Numbered from the stretch's first letter, positions 1 to 10,256 are shown. The stretch is DNA of 64,000 bases from an uncultured Flavobacteriales bacterium (GCA_905612305.1 CAJQRK010000005.1:13561-77560); one strand, 5' to 3'. Made by a program: numbers and translations. Notes: generated by a model from the letters alone, not told the origin.

Positions 1-3
1 TTA

Positions 4-339
4 CTAAAGTTCCTCTCTTAGTTTTACTAGGAATCCTCTAATGTCTTTTAAGTGATTTACAATCTCGATATTATCAATAGTATCACTTTTGTTTTCTTTC
101 AATTTTTTCTTTGCTCCTTCAAGGGTAAACCCCCTTTCCTTCACTAAGTGGTAGATAATAGTTAGGTTGTCTAAATCCTTTTTAGTAAACATTCTATTCC
201 CCTTTTTATTTTTTTTGGGTTTCAAAATATCGAATTCTTTTTCCCAAAAACGAATAAGTGAAACAGTAACCTTAAATATTTCAGCAACTTCACCAATTTT
301 ATAGAATAACTTTTCAGTTAGTTTTTCTTTGTATGGCAT
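4..339 (-). CDS. MerR-family HTH transcriptional regulator
   Basis: YKIGEVAEIF...SLIRFWEKEF..LKPKKNKKGNRMF MerR HTH pattern; start overlaps the stop of the upstream M23 gene. Confidence 0.88.
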   Translation of the reverse strand: MPYKEKLTEKLFYKIGEVAEIFKVTVSLIRFWEKEFDILKPKKNKKGNRMFTKKDLDNLTIIYHLVKERGFTLEGAKKKLKENKSDTIDNIEIVNHLKDIRGFLVKLREEL

Positions 340-1310
340 TAGTCAAATGATTGATTATTTTGAGATGAAATTTCTAGCATTTTTTCATACTCGTCAGGTG
401 TTAGGTCGTTATAGTAGAAGTTTGCAGGATCTATTTTTTTACTATCTTTAATTACCTCATAGTGTAAATGAGGAGCTACTGATGTTCCTGTGTTTCCTAC
501 ATATCCTATCACTTCTCCTCTTTTTACTTTTTGTCCTTTTTGTACAATGTATTTTTTCATGTGGGCGTATAGGGTTTTGTAGCCATAGCCATGATCAATG
601 ATTACATGATTCCCATAGCCCCTCCTGCTTCTTCTTAATTTTGAGATTTTACCATCGCCAGTAGCGTAAATTGGAGTTCCTGATTTTGCAGAAAAATCCA
701 TTCCAGTATGTAATTTTCTAGTTTTGTAAATAGGATGAATTCGATAGCCATAACCGCTAGCTATACGGCTTAAGTTCTTATTGGACACCGGTTGTATTGC
801 TGGCAAGGCAGCTAACATATCTGCTTTGTTTTTGGCTAATTCAATAATCTCATCATATGATTTTGATTGAATGTACAGTTGTTTTGAAATTTGATCAATT
901 TTCTCATTTGTGTTAATAATGAGTTCTGAGTTACTATATCCTTTAAGGTTTTGATAACGATTGACGCCTCCATATCCGGCTTTCCTGATAGATTTTGGAA
1001 TTGGTTCAGCTTCAAAAATAACCCTATAAATATTATCATCTCTATTCTGGAGATCATCTAAAACCAACTCCACTTGATTCAGCTTGTTTCCCATGCTTTC
1101 ATACTGAGAAGTTAAAATCTCTATTTCTCTGTTCAGTTTTTTTTCCTTTGGGCTGTCAAAAAACTGAAAGAAAATACTAATCATGATTAATCCAGCAAAA
1201 GTACTTCCTGTAAGGAAATAAAATAAGCGTTTTAACTTATTTAATTCACTAAGTTCAATTCGTTTGTAACTTAGTGTTTTAGTATCGTAATAATATTTTA
1301 CTTTAGCCAT
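339..1310 (-). CDS. M23 family metallo-endopeptidase (N-terminal TM plus coiled coil)
   Basis: HTGMDF, YAHM and HLHYEV M23 zinc motifs. Confidence 0.92.
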   Translation of the reverse strand: MAKVKYYYDTKTLSYKRIELSELNKLKRLFYFLTGSTFAGLIMISIFFQFFDSPKEKKLNREIEILTSQYESMGNKLNQVELVLDDLQNRDDNIYRVIFEAEPIPKSIRKAGYGGVNRYQNLKGYSNSELIINTNEKIDQISKQLYIQSKSYDEIIELAKNKADMLAALPAIQPVSNKNLSRIASGYGYRIHPIYKTRKLHTGMDFSAKSGTPIYATGDGKISKLRRSRRGYGNHVIIDHGYGYKTLYAHMKKYIVQKGQKVKRGEVIGYVGNTGTSVAPHLHYEVIKDSKKIDPANFYYNDLTPDEYEKMLEISSQNNQSFD

Positions 1311-1326
1311 GTTAAAATAATTGAGG

Positions 1327-1334
1327 CAAATTTA
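1327..1334 (-). promoter_or_regulatory. Bacteroidota sigmaA -7 box (TAAATTTG) for M23-merR
   Basis: Matches TAnnTTTG, 16 nt upstream of the start. Confidence 0.6.
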
Positions 1335-1413
1335 CTAATTTAACATTAGATAAAGTATGAAAGGCTACTGATTTATAACAACTTATTGTGAATTGTAAGA
1401 ATAAAGATTAAAA

Positions 1414-4008
1414 ATGAAAGCTAACAAACTCAGAGAATTATATTTAGATTTTTTTAAATCAAAACAACATACAATTGTAGCATCAGCACCAATGGTGGCG
1501 AAAAACGATCCTACTTTAATGTTTACTAATGCTGGAATGAATCAGTTTAAGGACATCTTTTTAGGACATTCAAAAGCAACAGATTTGAGGGTTGCTAATT
1601 CGCAAAAATGTTTGCGTGTTTCCGGTAAACATAACGATTTGGAAGAGGTGGGTCATGACACTTATCACCACACTATGTTTGAGATGTTGGGTTCTTGGAG
1701 TTTTGGTGATTATTTTAAAGTTGATGCAATAAATTGGGCTTTTGAATTTTTAACAGAAATTTGCAAATTAGATAAAGACAGATTGTATGTAACTATTTTT
1801 GAAGGTTCAATAAAAGATGGATTAGAAAAAGATAATGAAGCATTTGATATTTGGAGAAAACATTTAGCTGTAGATAAAATCCTAAATGGAAATAAAAAAG
1901 ATAATTTTTGGGAAATGGGAGAAACAGGACCTTGCGGCCCCTGTTCTGAAATTCATTTTGACAATAGAGCTGACGCCGAAAGATCAAAAATAAGTGGAGC
2001 TGATTTGGTGAATAAGGATCATCCTCAAGTAATTGAAATCTGGAATTTGGTATTCATGCAATACAATCGCTTTACTGATGGCAGCCTAAAGTCTTTGCCT
2101 CATTCTCATGTGGATACGGGTATGGGTTTTGAGCGTTTGACCATGATAATACAAGGGGTTAGATCTAACTATGACACTGATATCTTTCAACCACTAATTA
2201 GTGTAATTGCTAAAAAAGCAAATTGCACTTATGGTAATAATGAAAAGAAAGATATTGCCATGCGTGTTATAGCTGATCATATTAGAGCAATCTCTTTTTC
2301 AATTGCTGGTGGTCAGTTGCCTTCAAATGTAAAGGCAGGCTATGTTATTAGAAGAATTTTAAGAAGAGCCGTTCGATATGCGTATACTTTTCTAAATATT
2401 AAAAGTGCTTTTATGTATGAACTAGTTGAGGTATTAGCAAGTCAAATGGGGGGTCAGTTTTCTGAACTAAAAGCACAAAAACATTTGACGCAAAAGGTAG
2501 TGAAAGAAGAGGAAGAGTCATTTCTTAGAACTTTGGAAGATGGGCTTAAAAGAATTGAGAAAATCACAAAAAATGCCCATGGAGAAATTTCAGGAAAACA
2601 AGTGTTTGAATTATATGACACTTATGGTTTTCCGACTGATTTGACCGCACTTATTTTAAGTGAAAAAAATCTTAGTTTTAATAAAGCTGATTTTGACACT
2701 GCAATGCAGGAGCAAAAAGACAGATCAAAACAAGCAGGAAAGGTTGAGAAAGGCGATTGGACTATATTGATTGATGATGAATTAGAAGAATTTGTTGGCT
2801 ATAATAATTTAGAAATTGATCTAAAAATAACTAGATACAGAAAGGTTATTTCAAAGCAAGGAGAACAATATCAGATGGTATTTAATCTTACTCCTTTTTA
2901 TGCTGAAGGCGGAGGTCAAATTGGCGATACTGGTGTAATTGAAAATTCTTTTGATAGTGTTGCAATAGTTGATACTAAAAAGGAAAATAAACTAATCGTT
3001 CATTTTTCAGATGATCTTCCAAATGATTTAAAATCTAGTTTTACTGCAAAAGTAAATGCGGCTGAGAGGAAAGCGAGTGCAAGAAATCATACAGCCACTC
3101 ATTTATTGCATGAAAGTTTAAGAAGCATCTTAGGGAATCATGTGGAGCAAAAAGGATCTTTAGTAAACCCTAAGTATTTGCGTTTTGATTTCACTCATTC
3201 TGCTAAAATAAAGAAAGCTGACCTAACCAAAATAGAGCAGGATGTGAATGCTAAAATTTTAGCAAATATTGCTTTGAATGAGCGCATAAACTTATCATTA
3301 AACCAAGCAAAAGATTTAGGTGCTCTCATGTTGTTTGGTGAAAAATATGAAGATGTTGTTAGAATGATTCAGTTTGATAATTCTAAAGAGTTATGTGGAG
3401 GAACACATGTTTCCTTTACTGGAGAAATTGGCTTATTTAAGATTTTATCAGAAGGGTCTACTTCATCAGGCATTAGAAGAATTGAAGCGACTACAGGTGT
3501 TAATGCTATGGAATATCTTAATGATAAGGAGGTCTTATTATCTGAAATAGCATTTCTTATTAAAAACAACGATCTTAAAAAAGGGTTAGAACAACTAATT
3601 TTTAGCAATAAGCAATTGGAAAAACAAATAGCAACCCTTAAGAAGGATAATTTCGGTAATGTAAAAGATGATTTATTAAAATCAGCAGTTCAGGTAAATG
3701 GAGTGCGTTTTATTGCACAAGAGGTTGAAATGGATGCTGATGATATGAAGGCTATCTCTTTTGCACTCAGAAAAGAAGAGAAATTAGCCATGGTGTTGGG
3801 CTCTACGGTAGGTGAAAAAGCTATGCTTACCGTAATGCTTACTGATGATTTGGTGCGAACAGGATTACATGCCGTTACTATGACACAAGAAATAGCTAAA
3901 GAGATAAAAGGTAGCGGAGGTGGTCAGCCATTCTTTGCTACTGCTGGAGGAACTAATCCTGAAGGAATAGCAAGCGCTCTAATAAAGGCCAAAACATTTA
4001 TAGCATAA
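1414..4008 (+). CDS. alaS: Alanine--tRNA ligase
   Basis: DPTLMFTNAGMNQFK, HHTMFEMLG, GPCGPCSEI, HTATHLLH and ELCGGTH editing motifs, GGGQPFFA C-terminus. Confidence 0.99.
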   Translation: MKANKLRELYLDFFKSKQHTIVASAPMVAKNDPTLMFTNAGMNQFKDIFLGHSKATDLRVANSQKCLRVSGKHNDLEEVGHDTYHHTMFEMLGSWSFGDYFKVDAINWAFEFLTEICKLDKDRLYVTIFEGSIKDGLEKDNEAFDIWRKHLAVDKILNGNKKDNFWEMGETGPCGPCSEIHFDNRADAERSKISGADLVNKDHPQVIEIWNLVFMQYNRFTDGSLKSLPHSHVDTGMGFERLTMIIQGVRSNYDTDIFQPLISVIAKKANCTYGNNEKKDIAMRVIADHIRAISFSIAGGQLPSNVKAGYVIRRILRRAVRYAYTFLNIKSAFMYELVEVLASQMGGQFSELKAQKHLTQKVVKEEEESFLRTLEDGLKRIEKITKNAHGEISGKQVFELYDTYGFPTDLTALILSEKNLSFNKADFDTAMQEQKDRSKQAGKVEKGDWTILIDDELEEFVGYNNLEIDLKITRYRKVISKQGEQYQMVFNLTPFYAEGGGQIGDTGVIENSFDSVAIVDTKKENKLIVHFSDDLPNDLKSSFTAKVNAAERKASARNHTATHLLHESLRSILGNHVEQKGSLVNPKYLRFDFTHSAKIKKADLTKIEQDVNAKILANIALNERINLSLNQAKDLGALMLFGEKYEDVVRMIQFDNSKELCGGTHVSFTGEIGLFKILSEGSTSSGIRRIEATTGVNAMEYLNDKEVLLSEIAFLIKNNDLKKGLEQLIFSNKQLEKQIATLKKDNFGNVKDDLLKSAVQVNGVRFIAQEVEMDADDMKAISFALRKEEKLAMVLGSTVGEKAMLTVMLTDDLVRTGLHAVTMTQEIAKEIKGSGGGQPFFATAGGTNPEGIASALIKAKTFIA

Positions 4009-4036
4009 AAAAAGCCAGCTAATAGCTGGCTTTTTT
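4007..4036. terminator. Bidirectional intrinsic terminator between alaS and the small OMP
   Basis: A-tract, AGCCAGCT-aat-AGCTGGCT hairpin, T-tract. Confidence 0.9.
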
Positions 4037-4055
4037 ATTGTTTTAAAAGTTGGGC

Positions 4056-4460
4056 CTAGAATCTGTACGCTAATCCAAAATTAAACGAACCTTCTCTGTC
4101 TCCAGTTACAGCATCTTCTTTCACGGGCATAGTGTAGCTTGGCTCAAAATAAAGGCCATTCCATACATTCATAGAATACCCAAGTCCAAGTTGCATTTTA
4201 TCACTTCCATCTTTTGTAGGCATATTAAAAGTTGCGTATATGTCATCTTTTACAGCATAACGAACAAATACAGCATACTCCTCACCAGATTTTTGTACAC
4301 CAGCAGTGATTGCATCAGTAGCTTGGTAGCCAATACCCATATTACTAGTAATTTGTTCAGCTCCCTCAAGATCTCCGTCATAAGTAGTTACTACCATAAT
4401 TTGTGCAGAAGCAAATAATGTGCAAAATGCTACAACTGCTGTTAATAATAGTTTTTTCAT
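4056..4460 (-). CDS. Small outer-membrane beta-barrel protein
   Basis: Signal peptide (ASA/Q), amphipathic strands, C-terminal FNFGLAYRF BAM-type signal. Confidence 0.75.
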   Translation of the reverse strand: MKKLLLTAVVAFCTLFASAQIMVVTTYDGDLEGAEQITSNMGIGYQATDAITAGVQKSGEEYAVFVRYAVKDDIYATFNMPTKDGSDKMQLGLGYSMNVWNGLYFEPSYTMPVKEDAVTGDREGSFNFGLAYRF

Positions 4461-4577
4461 TTTTTTAAATATTTAAAGGTTAATAATGGGCGCAAGATAC
4501 ATAAGCTTATTAGATATTAGGCCGTTTTTTTTAACACTTATGCACATTTATATGTTAATTGCTAGAGTACATGATAT

Positions 4578-4606
4578 AAAAAAAGGGCTGCAAAAAGCAG
4601 CCCTTT
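4578..4606 (-). terminator. Intrinsic terminator of the porin gene
   Basis: AAAGGGCTGC/GCAGCCCTTT stem followed by a T-tract on the minus strand. Confidence 0.88.
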
Positions 4607-4629
4607 AAATTTATTTACTGAGTTAGTAA

Positions 4630-5649
4630 TTACGGAGTAACATTTAAAGTTACCCAAGTATACTTGTCATCACTAGTACCATTATTATCAGTAGCATATG
4701 ATATACCTAAAGAAGCATTATCTCCTAAAGCGTAACCAAGACCTATTTGAGTTACATCTCTTTCAACAGTATCATCTTGCGCATCAGTTATATTATGCAT
4801 AGTAGCTGATAAAGAAATTCCTCCCATGTTGTAAGTTAAACCATAAGATAAGTCTTCAGCATTAGCACCTAAATAACCAATACCTCCTGTAGTAGCCCAT
4901 GACCCATCCATGTTTGTTCCTGCCATGTTAAAGCCAGCATCGTCTCCATAAGAAGCCATACCAATACTTACAGACATGTCATCATTTACAGCATAAGCAA
5001 GTCCATAAGAAGTCATTTCATCTCCTTCAAAATCAGTGTTCATAGAAGCAGAAATAGTAGCTCCCATTAATGCACCAGAGATATCAATACCTGTAGCAGC
5101 ATCATCTGTACCTTCATCAGTCATGTATAATACATTCACATTCCATCCTGAAAATTCACCAGCAACGTTTACATGCATGTTACCAGTACTTTCTTCATCA
5201 ACACCACCAGCATTCTGTGCATGGTATCCTATAGTAATGTCAGCCATATCAGACAAGCCTAAGCCGAATGACATTCCATCCCAAGTAGTTCTGTTTGCTG
5301 ACCAGTCATTAGTAGACATTAAAGCTCCTGAACCATAGCTAAGCGCTTGACGACCAATTGTCATGCTTGCCATTCCAAAAAGATCAGTAGAAGCATGAGC
5401 TTCATAGATACTCATTGATACATCTTCACCACCACCTATTGTATAGTTTACATCAGATGATACGTGAATACCCCAATCAGATCCACCCCAAGTAGCTCCC
5501 ATAGTAGCTCTCTGGTCTGCAGTGTTCATGCTGTTGTCTCCACTCATATCTATTCTCGTTCTAGAATCCACGTTCCAGTCTTGAGCAAAAGATACCGTTG
5601 TCATTAATCCCATTGCTAAGACTAATATGTTACGTAAATTTTTTTTCAT
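4630..5649 (-). CDS. Porin-like outer-membrane beta-barrel (alginate-export/AlgE-like motif)
   Basis: Signal peptide; GRQALSYGSGALMSTNDW..NRTTWDG resembles the Alginate_exp family motif; many amphipathic strands; very acidic. Confidence 0.65.
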   Translation of the reverse strand: MKKNLRNILVLAMGLMTTVSFAQDWNVDSRTRIDMSGDNSMNTADQRATMGATWGGSDWGIHVSSDVNYTIGGGEDVSMSIYEAHASTDLFGMASMTIGRQALSYGSGALMSTNDWSANRTTWDGMSFGLGLSDMADITIGYHAQNAGGVDEESTGNMHVNVAGEFSGWNVNVLYMTDEGTDDAATGIDISGALMGATISASMNTDFEGDEMTSYGLAYAVNDDMSVSIGMASYGDDAGFNMAGTNMDGSWATTGGIGYLGANAEDLSYGLTYNMGGISLSATMHNITDAQDDTVERDVTQIGLGYALGDNASLGISYATDNNGTSDDKYTWVTLNVTP

Positions 5650-5675
5650 TTTATTTTTTTTTGATTAATACGGGG

Positions 5676-5683
5676 CAAAGATA
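5676..5683 (-). promoter_or_regulatory. -7 promoter box (TATCTTTG) for the porin
   Basis: Exact TAnnTTTG 26 nt upstream of the ATG. Confidence 0.65.
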
Positions 5684-5856
5684 AACCTCTTTAACAATTA
5701 ACACCTAAAAAAACCGCATATTTTTAACAATTAATTGTTTGTATGGATATCAATATTCTGAAAATCAATTGTTTAGCATGTGAAATAATTTCTAAAAAAA
5801 TGCATTTAAAAGTATTAATTGTTGCAAAAAAAGGTAAAAAATAGGTTTTAAGCTTG

Positions 5857-7122
5857 CTATTGCTTGTAAGTTAGCCACTTCCACAGCTCCTTATAGCTGG
5901 CTTTTTTGCCATACATCAATATTCCTGTACGGTATATTTTTCCCGCTAGCCATGCAGTAAGTATGAATGATAAAATTAATATCCCTACCGAAAGGAATAA
6001 TTCCCAATTAGCAACTCCAAAAGGCAAGCGCACCATCATAATTACTGGAGAGGTAAAGGGGATGATACTCATCCAAAAAGCAAGCGGCCCATCAGGGTTT
6101 TCCATTATAGGTTGTATTAAGATAAAGGAAAGAAGTAACGGAATGGTAATAGGAAGTACAAATTGTTGAGTATCGGCTTCTGCATCAACAGCAGAGCCTA
6201 CAGCTGCAAATAAAGCGCTATACATAAGGTAGCCCGCTAAAAAGTAAAAAATAAAGGATATAAATATCTGTAATAGGTTAATTCCTCCCATGAAGTTGCT
6301 AATTTCACTAAGAATAATAGATTGTTGTTCTGGGTTCAATTCAGTAGTTATACTATTTATATCCATAAATGCAAATTCAACAATTCCAGCAAGCACAAAA
6401 GTAAGTAGTATCCAAAGCGCAAATTGAGTAAGTCCCACCAAGGCAACTCCTAGTATTTTGCCCATCATCAATTGAAAAGGTTTTACTGAAGAAATAATAA
6501 CTTCAACAATACGACTTGTCTTTTCTTCAATCACTCCACGCATTACCATAGTGCCATACATGAAAATAAACATATAGATTAGTATACCGCAAATAAATCC
6601 TATCCCCATACTTGCCTCTGCCTGTGAATTACTTGTGTTTCCTTTTTCTGAAATTATTTTAGTGACAATTTTCACTGTGCTTTCAGCTTCTTCTAGTATT
6701 GTAAGATCAATTCCTGCAGCTTTTAGTTTTTGATGTTCAATAATTTTCTCCAATTGGTTTTCAATATCACTACTAACGGATAAACTAATTTGATGATTGG
6801 AAAAAAGAGTAAAATTTTCTTTTTCTATATATAAGATTGCATAATAGGCACTTTCTTCAAAATTTGTTTTTAGAAATGAAGATTCTTCACTAGTAATTTT
6901 GCTAAAATTCAAAAATTCAGTATCCTCAATCTGATTGGAAAATTCAAAACCATCTTCCTCAATAGCAATAATTCTTATTTCTTGACTTTCATAGGCTAAG
7001 TAGGAAGGGACTATTAGAAGGGCAGCCATGAGTAAAGGCCCAACAATTGTCATTACAATAAAGGATTTTTTGCGCACCCTAACTAGATATTCTCTTTTTA
7101 TGATGAGCCAAATTTTACGCAT
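5857..7122 (-). CDS. ABC-2 type exporter permease (NatB/YhaP-like)
   Basis: IIKREYLVRVRKKSF N-terminus, GVIEEKTSRIVEVIISSVKPFQLMMGKILG, six TM helices. Confidence 0.9.
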   Translation of the reverse strand: MRKIWLIIKREYLVRVRKKSFIVMTIVGPLLMAALLIVPSYLAYESQEIRIIAIEEDGFEFSNQIEDTEFLNFSKITSEESSFLKTNFEESAYYAILYIEKENFTLFSNHQISLSVSSDIENQLEKIIEHQKLKAAGIDLTILEEAESTVKIVTKIISEKGNTSNSQAEASMGIGFICGILIYMFIFMYGTMVMRGVIEEKTSRIVEVIISSVKPFQLMMGKILGVALVGLTQFALWILLTFVLAGIVEFAFMDINSITTELNPEQQSIILSEISNFMGGINLLQIFISFIFYFLAGYLMYSALFAAVGSAVDAEADTQQFVLPITIPLLLSFILIQPIMENPDGPLAFWMSIIPFTSPVIMMVRLPFGVANWELFLSVGILILSFILTAWLAGKIYRTGILMYGKKASYKELWKWLTYKQ

Positions 7123-8023
7123 TGCTCACCGCTTTTATAAAGATTTCTTCCATGGATGGAGTTTCTTTTTTAAAAGAAGTAATTTCGATATCCTTAATGA
7201 TACTTTGCAATACTTCTTGTTGGCTTTTCCCTTCTTTTAATAGTATCTGGAAGGTGTTTCCCTTTTTATTGATGATTGTAAAACAATCGGTTTCCATTAA
7301 TTCCTTATTAGCAGTAATTATTTCATAGGTACTATTAGTGAATTGTTTTTTTATTTCCTCAATTGGTCCTTCCAAAATAGTTTGTGATTTACTGATAAGT
7401 GCAATATGACTACAAATCTCTTCAACAGATTCCATTCTATGGGTAGAAAAAATAATAGTTGTCCCTTTTTTACTAAGTTCTAAAATTTCTTGACGAATAA
7501 TAGCTGCATTAATAGGGTCAAATCCACTGAAAGGCTCATCAAAAATAAGCAGCTTTGGTTCATGGATTACGGTTACTATAAACTGAATTTTTTGAGCCAT
7601 TCCTTTACTGAGTTCCTCCACTGTTTTATTCCACCATGATATAATGTCTAGCTTTTCGAACCAAAATTTCAATTTGTCCAAGGCCTCAGCATAAGACATT
7701 CCTTTAAGTTGAGCTAAGTAAAGGGCTTGCTCTCCTACTTTCATTTTATTGTATAAGCCTCTTTCCTCTGGCAAGTATCCAATTTCTGCAATATGATGTT
7801 TTGTTAAAGGAACTCCATTAAAAAGTAAGCTTCCACTATCAGGGGCTGTGATTTGATTGATAATGCGCATTAAGGTGGTTTTACCGGCACCATTTGGCCC
7901 TAACAACCCATAAATACTTCCTTTGGGTACTGAAATACTTACTTTGTTTAAAGCTAGATAGTCTCCATATTGTTTTACAACATCTTTTACTATTAGGAGA
8001 TTTTCTTGCATAATTTTAGCCAA
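7115..8023 (-). CDS. ABC exporter ATP-binding subunit (NatA/YhaQ-like)
   Basis: GPNGAGKTT Walker A, LSKGM signature, [10 protein letters not shown] Walker B; true start may be 8011. Confidence 0.92.
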   Translation of the reverse strand: MAKIMQENLLIVKDVVKQYGDYLALNKVSISVPKGSIYGLLGPNGAGKTTLMRIINQITAPDSGSLLFNGVPLTKHHIAEIGYLPEERGLYNKMKVGEQALYLAQLKGMSYAEALDKLKFWFEKLDIISWWNKTVEELSKGMAQKIQFIVTVIHEPKLLIFDEPFSGFDPINAAIIRQEILELSKKGTTIIFSTHRMESVEEICSHIALISKSQTILEGPIEEIKKQFTNSTYEIITANKELMETDCFTIINKKGNTFQILLKEGKSQQEVLQSIIKDIEITSFKKETPSMEEIFIKAVSNA

Positions 8024-9113
8024 ACATTTCTTTTACTCTGTCAAAAAAGGATTTGTCTTTGTGAGTAGGATTTGGGGTAAAGGATTTAGATTTTTTACTT
8101 GCTTCAAAAAATATTTTCTCGTCTTTAGATAAACTTTGAGGGGTCCAGACATTTATATGGATAAGTAAGTCACCAACACCATAACTATTTACTGAAGGAA
8201 GCCCCTTTCCTTTTAATCGCAAAATTTTTCCTGATTGCACTCCTTCTTCAAGTTTTATTTTAACTTTTCCGTTTACTGTAGGAATTTCGGTAGTTGTTCC
8301 TAAAGCAGCATCAGCAAAACTGATATAATGATCAAAGTGCAAATTCTGCCCATCTCTTATTAGCTGCTCGTGTTCTTCTACCTGTATAAGTACAATTAAA
8401 TCCCCATTGATGCCTTCAAAAGGAGCGGCATTTCCTTTTCCACTAACTTTAAGTTGCATGTCATTTTCTACCCCAGCAGGGATAGTGATTTTTACGGTTT
8501 CAGTTTCTTTTAGCATCCCATTAGCATCTGTACCTTGAGGCCGTTTGTCAATGCTTTTTCCGTTTCCGTTACAATTAGGACAAGGGCTTGCTGTCTGCAT
8601 TTGCCCCAATATAGTATTGCTTATTCGTGTAATTTGTCCGCTACCATGACAAGTATTACAAGTGGTGTAAGTTACTCCTTCAGCATTTACCAATCGGCTT
8701 ACTTTTATTTTTTTATCTACCCCTTCCGCTACTTCTTTTAGGTTTAAGGATAAGCGAATTCTTAGATCACTTCCTTTTACCACTCTTCTTCCTCTGCTTC
8801 TGCCACCTCCTCCAAAGACGTCTCCAAACTGACTGAAAATATCATCCATATTCATGCCCCCACCGCCAAACCCTCCTCCTGCAGCGCCTCCCATTCCAGC
8901 ATGTCCAAATTGGTCATACTTTTGTTTCTTTTCAGCAGAACTTAATACATCATAAGCTTCAGCGGCTTCTTTAAATTTTTCTTCAGCTGCTTTGTTTTCA
9001 GGGTTTTTATCTGGGTGATATTTAACCGCAAGCTTTCTGTAGGCCTTTTTTATTTCTTTGGTGTCAGCACTTTTGCTAACGCCTAATGTTTCGTAATAAT
9101 CTCTTTTTGACAT
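8016..9113 (-). CDS. dnaJ: Chaperone DnaJ
   Basis: J-domain with HPD, G/F-rich region, two CxxCxGxG repeats, C-terminal domain. Confidence 0.97.
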   Translation of the reverse strand: MSKRDYYETLGVSKSADTKEIKKAYRKLAVKYHPDKNPENKAAEEKFKEAAEAYDVLSSAEKKQKYDQFGHAGMGGAAGGGFGGGGMNMDDIFSQFGDVFGGGGRSRGRRVVKGSDLRIRLSLNLKEVAEGVDKKIKVSRLVNAEGVTYTTCNTCHGSGQITRISNTILGQMQTASPCPNCNGNGKSIDKRPQGTDANGMLKETETVKITIPAGVENDMQLKVSGKGNAAPFEGINGDLIVLIQVEEHEQLIRDGQNLHFDHYISFADAALGTTTEIPTVNGKVKIKLEEGVQSGKILRLKGKGLPSVNSYGVGDLLIHINVWTPQSLSKDEKIFFEASKKSKSFTPNPTHKDKSFFDRVKEMFG

Positions 9114-9122
9114 AGCTTAAAA

Positions 9123-9674
9123 TTAATTTCCTACTACAACTTTTGCGTAACGTAATACTTTATCTGAAAGTAAATATCCTTTTTCAATAACATCAATTAC
9201 TTTGCCTTTTTCTTTTTTAGAAGGAGCAGGAATATTTGTAATGGCTTCATGAAAATCAGTATCGAGTTTTTTGCCAATAGGATCTTTCATTTCATTTAAC
9301 CCTTTCTTTTCTAGTTCTGCTTTTAGTTGTTTGTAGATGAGCACAGGTCCATCTTCATCTGTATAATTATTGGCTTTTATTGAACGCTCAAAATTATCCA
9401 AAATTGGCAGTAATGAAGTCATTATGTCTTTATTAGCTGTACCGTACAGTTCTATTCGTTCTTTGGCAGTTCTTTTACGAAAGTTATCAAATTCAGCAAA
9501 AATGCGTAAATTTTTGTCTTTTTCTAGTGCTAATAATTCCTCAGTTGTAGGTGGTATTTTTACTTCATCTTCCTTTTCTGTATCTGGTGAAGCGGCTATT
9601 TCTTCAGATGTTATTTCTTCAGATGTTATTTCTTTTTTAGCAATTTCTTGCTCATGATTTTTTTTCTTGCTCAT
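9123..9674 (-). CDS. grpE: Nucleotide exchange factor GrpE
   Basis: AEFDNFRKRT, HEAI and GY....KVLRYAKVVV; adjacent to dnaJ. Confidence 0.96.
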   Translation of the reverse strand: MSKKKNHEQEIAKKEITSEEITSEEIAASPDTEKEDEVKIPPTTEELLALEKDKNLRIFAEFDNFRKRTAKERIELYGTANKDIMTSLLPILDNFERSIKANNYTDEDGPVLIYKQLKAELEKKGLNEMKDPIGKKLDTDFHEAITNIPAPSKKEKGKVIDVIEKGYLLSDKVLRYAKVVVGN

Positions 9675-9703
9675 TGTATATTTGTTTTATGCTAGAATAC
9701 TAG

Positions 9704-9719
9704 TGCAAGTATTTTGCCA
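9704..9719 (-). promoter_or_regulatory. Putative sigma54 (-24/-12) promoter for grpE-dnaJ
   Basis: Minus strand reads TGGCAAAATACTTGCA = GG-N10-GC with TGGCA/TTGCA cores, about 30 nt upstream of the grpE ATG. Confidence 0.7.
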
Positions 9720-9746
9720 GAGTGATAAAAAGGACAATTTGGCAGT

Positions 9747-10256
9747 TTATTTTTTTTGAGATTCAAGGAATCTATTAAGTGCAGCTCCTTTTAGATTATG
9801 AGCAATAATAATTCCATCCCCATCAATTAGTACATTTGATGGTATTGACCTGATTCCATATTTTTGTGAACCTGCAGATTGCCACCCTCCTAAATCAGAT
9901 ACATGATATTCCCAGAAAAGTTCATCTTTATTAATAGCTTTTACCCATGCTCCATTGTTTTTATCAAGCGATAAACTAAAAATTTCAAATCCTTTTCCGT
10001 TTTTGAAATTTGACTTGGTGTATTTTTGGTAGGCATCCACCAAATTAGGGTTTTCCTTTCTGCATGGTCCACACCAAGAAGCCCAGAAATCAATTAACAC
10101 TAATTTTCCTTTAAGGTTAGAGAGTTTTAGTTCCTTTCCTTTAGGGTTGTTATATGCTAATTCAGGAGCAATATTACCAATTTTTAAACCTATTTCTTGT
10201 GCTGAAGCAAAGTTAATGGCTAGTAATAGCAGTATTATTGAAAGTAATTTGTTCAT
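9747..10256 (-). CDS. TlpA/ResA-like thiol-disulfide oxidoreductase
   Basis: Signal peptide; DFWASWCGPCR and SIP cis-Pro. Confidence 0.92.
   Translation of the reverse strand: MNKLLSIILLLLAINFASAQEIGLKIGNIAPELAYNNPKGKELKLSNLKGKLVLIDFWASWCGPCRKENPNLVDAYQKYTKSNFKNGKGFEIFSLSLDKNNGAWVKAINKDELFWEYHVSDLGGWQSAGSQKYGIRSIPSNVLIDGDGIIIAHNLKGAALNRFLESQKK

Noticed and set aside
2302-2330. AlaS IAGG in place of the usual IADG
   Set aside because: A single substitution that could be a variant or base error; the rest of the gene is intact.
4538-4546. DnaA box (TTATGCACA) / oriC
   Set aside because: Single box with no cluster and no origin-associated genes.
9597-9634. 15-bp tandem duplication in grpE (EEITS/EITSE)
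   Set aside because: In-frame two-copy slippage in the disordered N-terminus; not a CRISPR or phase-variable tract.
9675-9746. CIRCE element before grpE
   Set aside because: No TTAGCACTC-N9-GAGTGCTAA; a sigma54-like motif fits instead.
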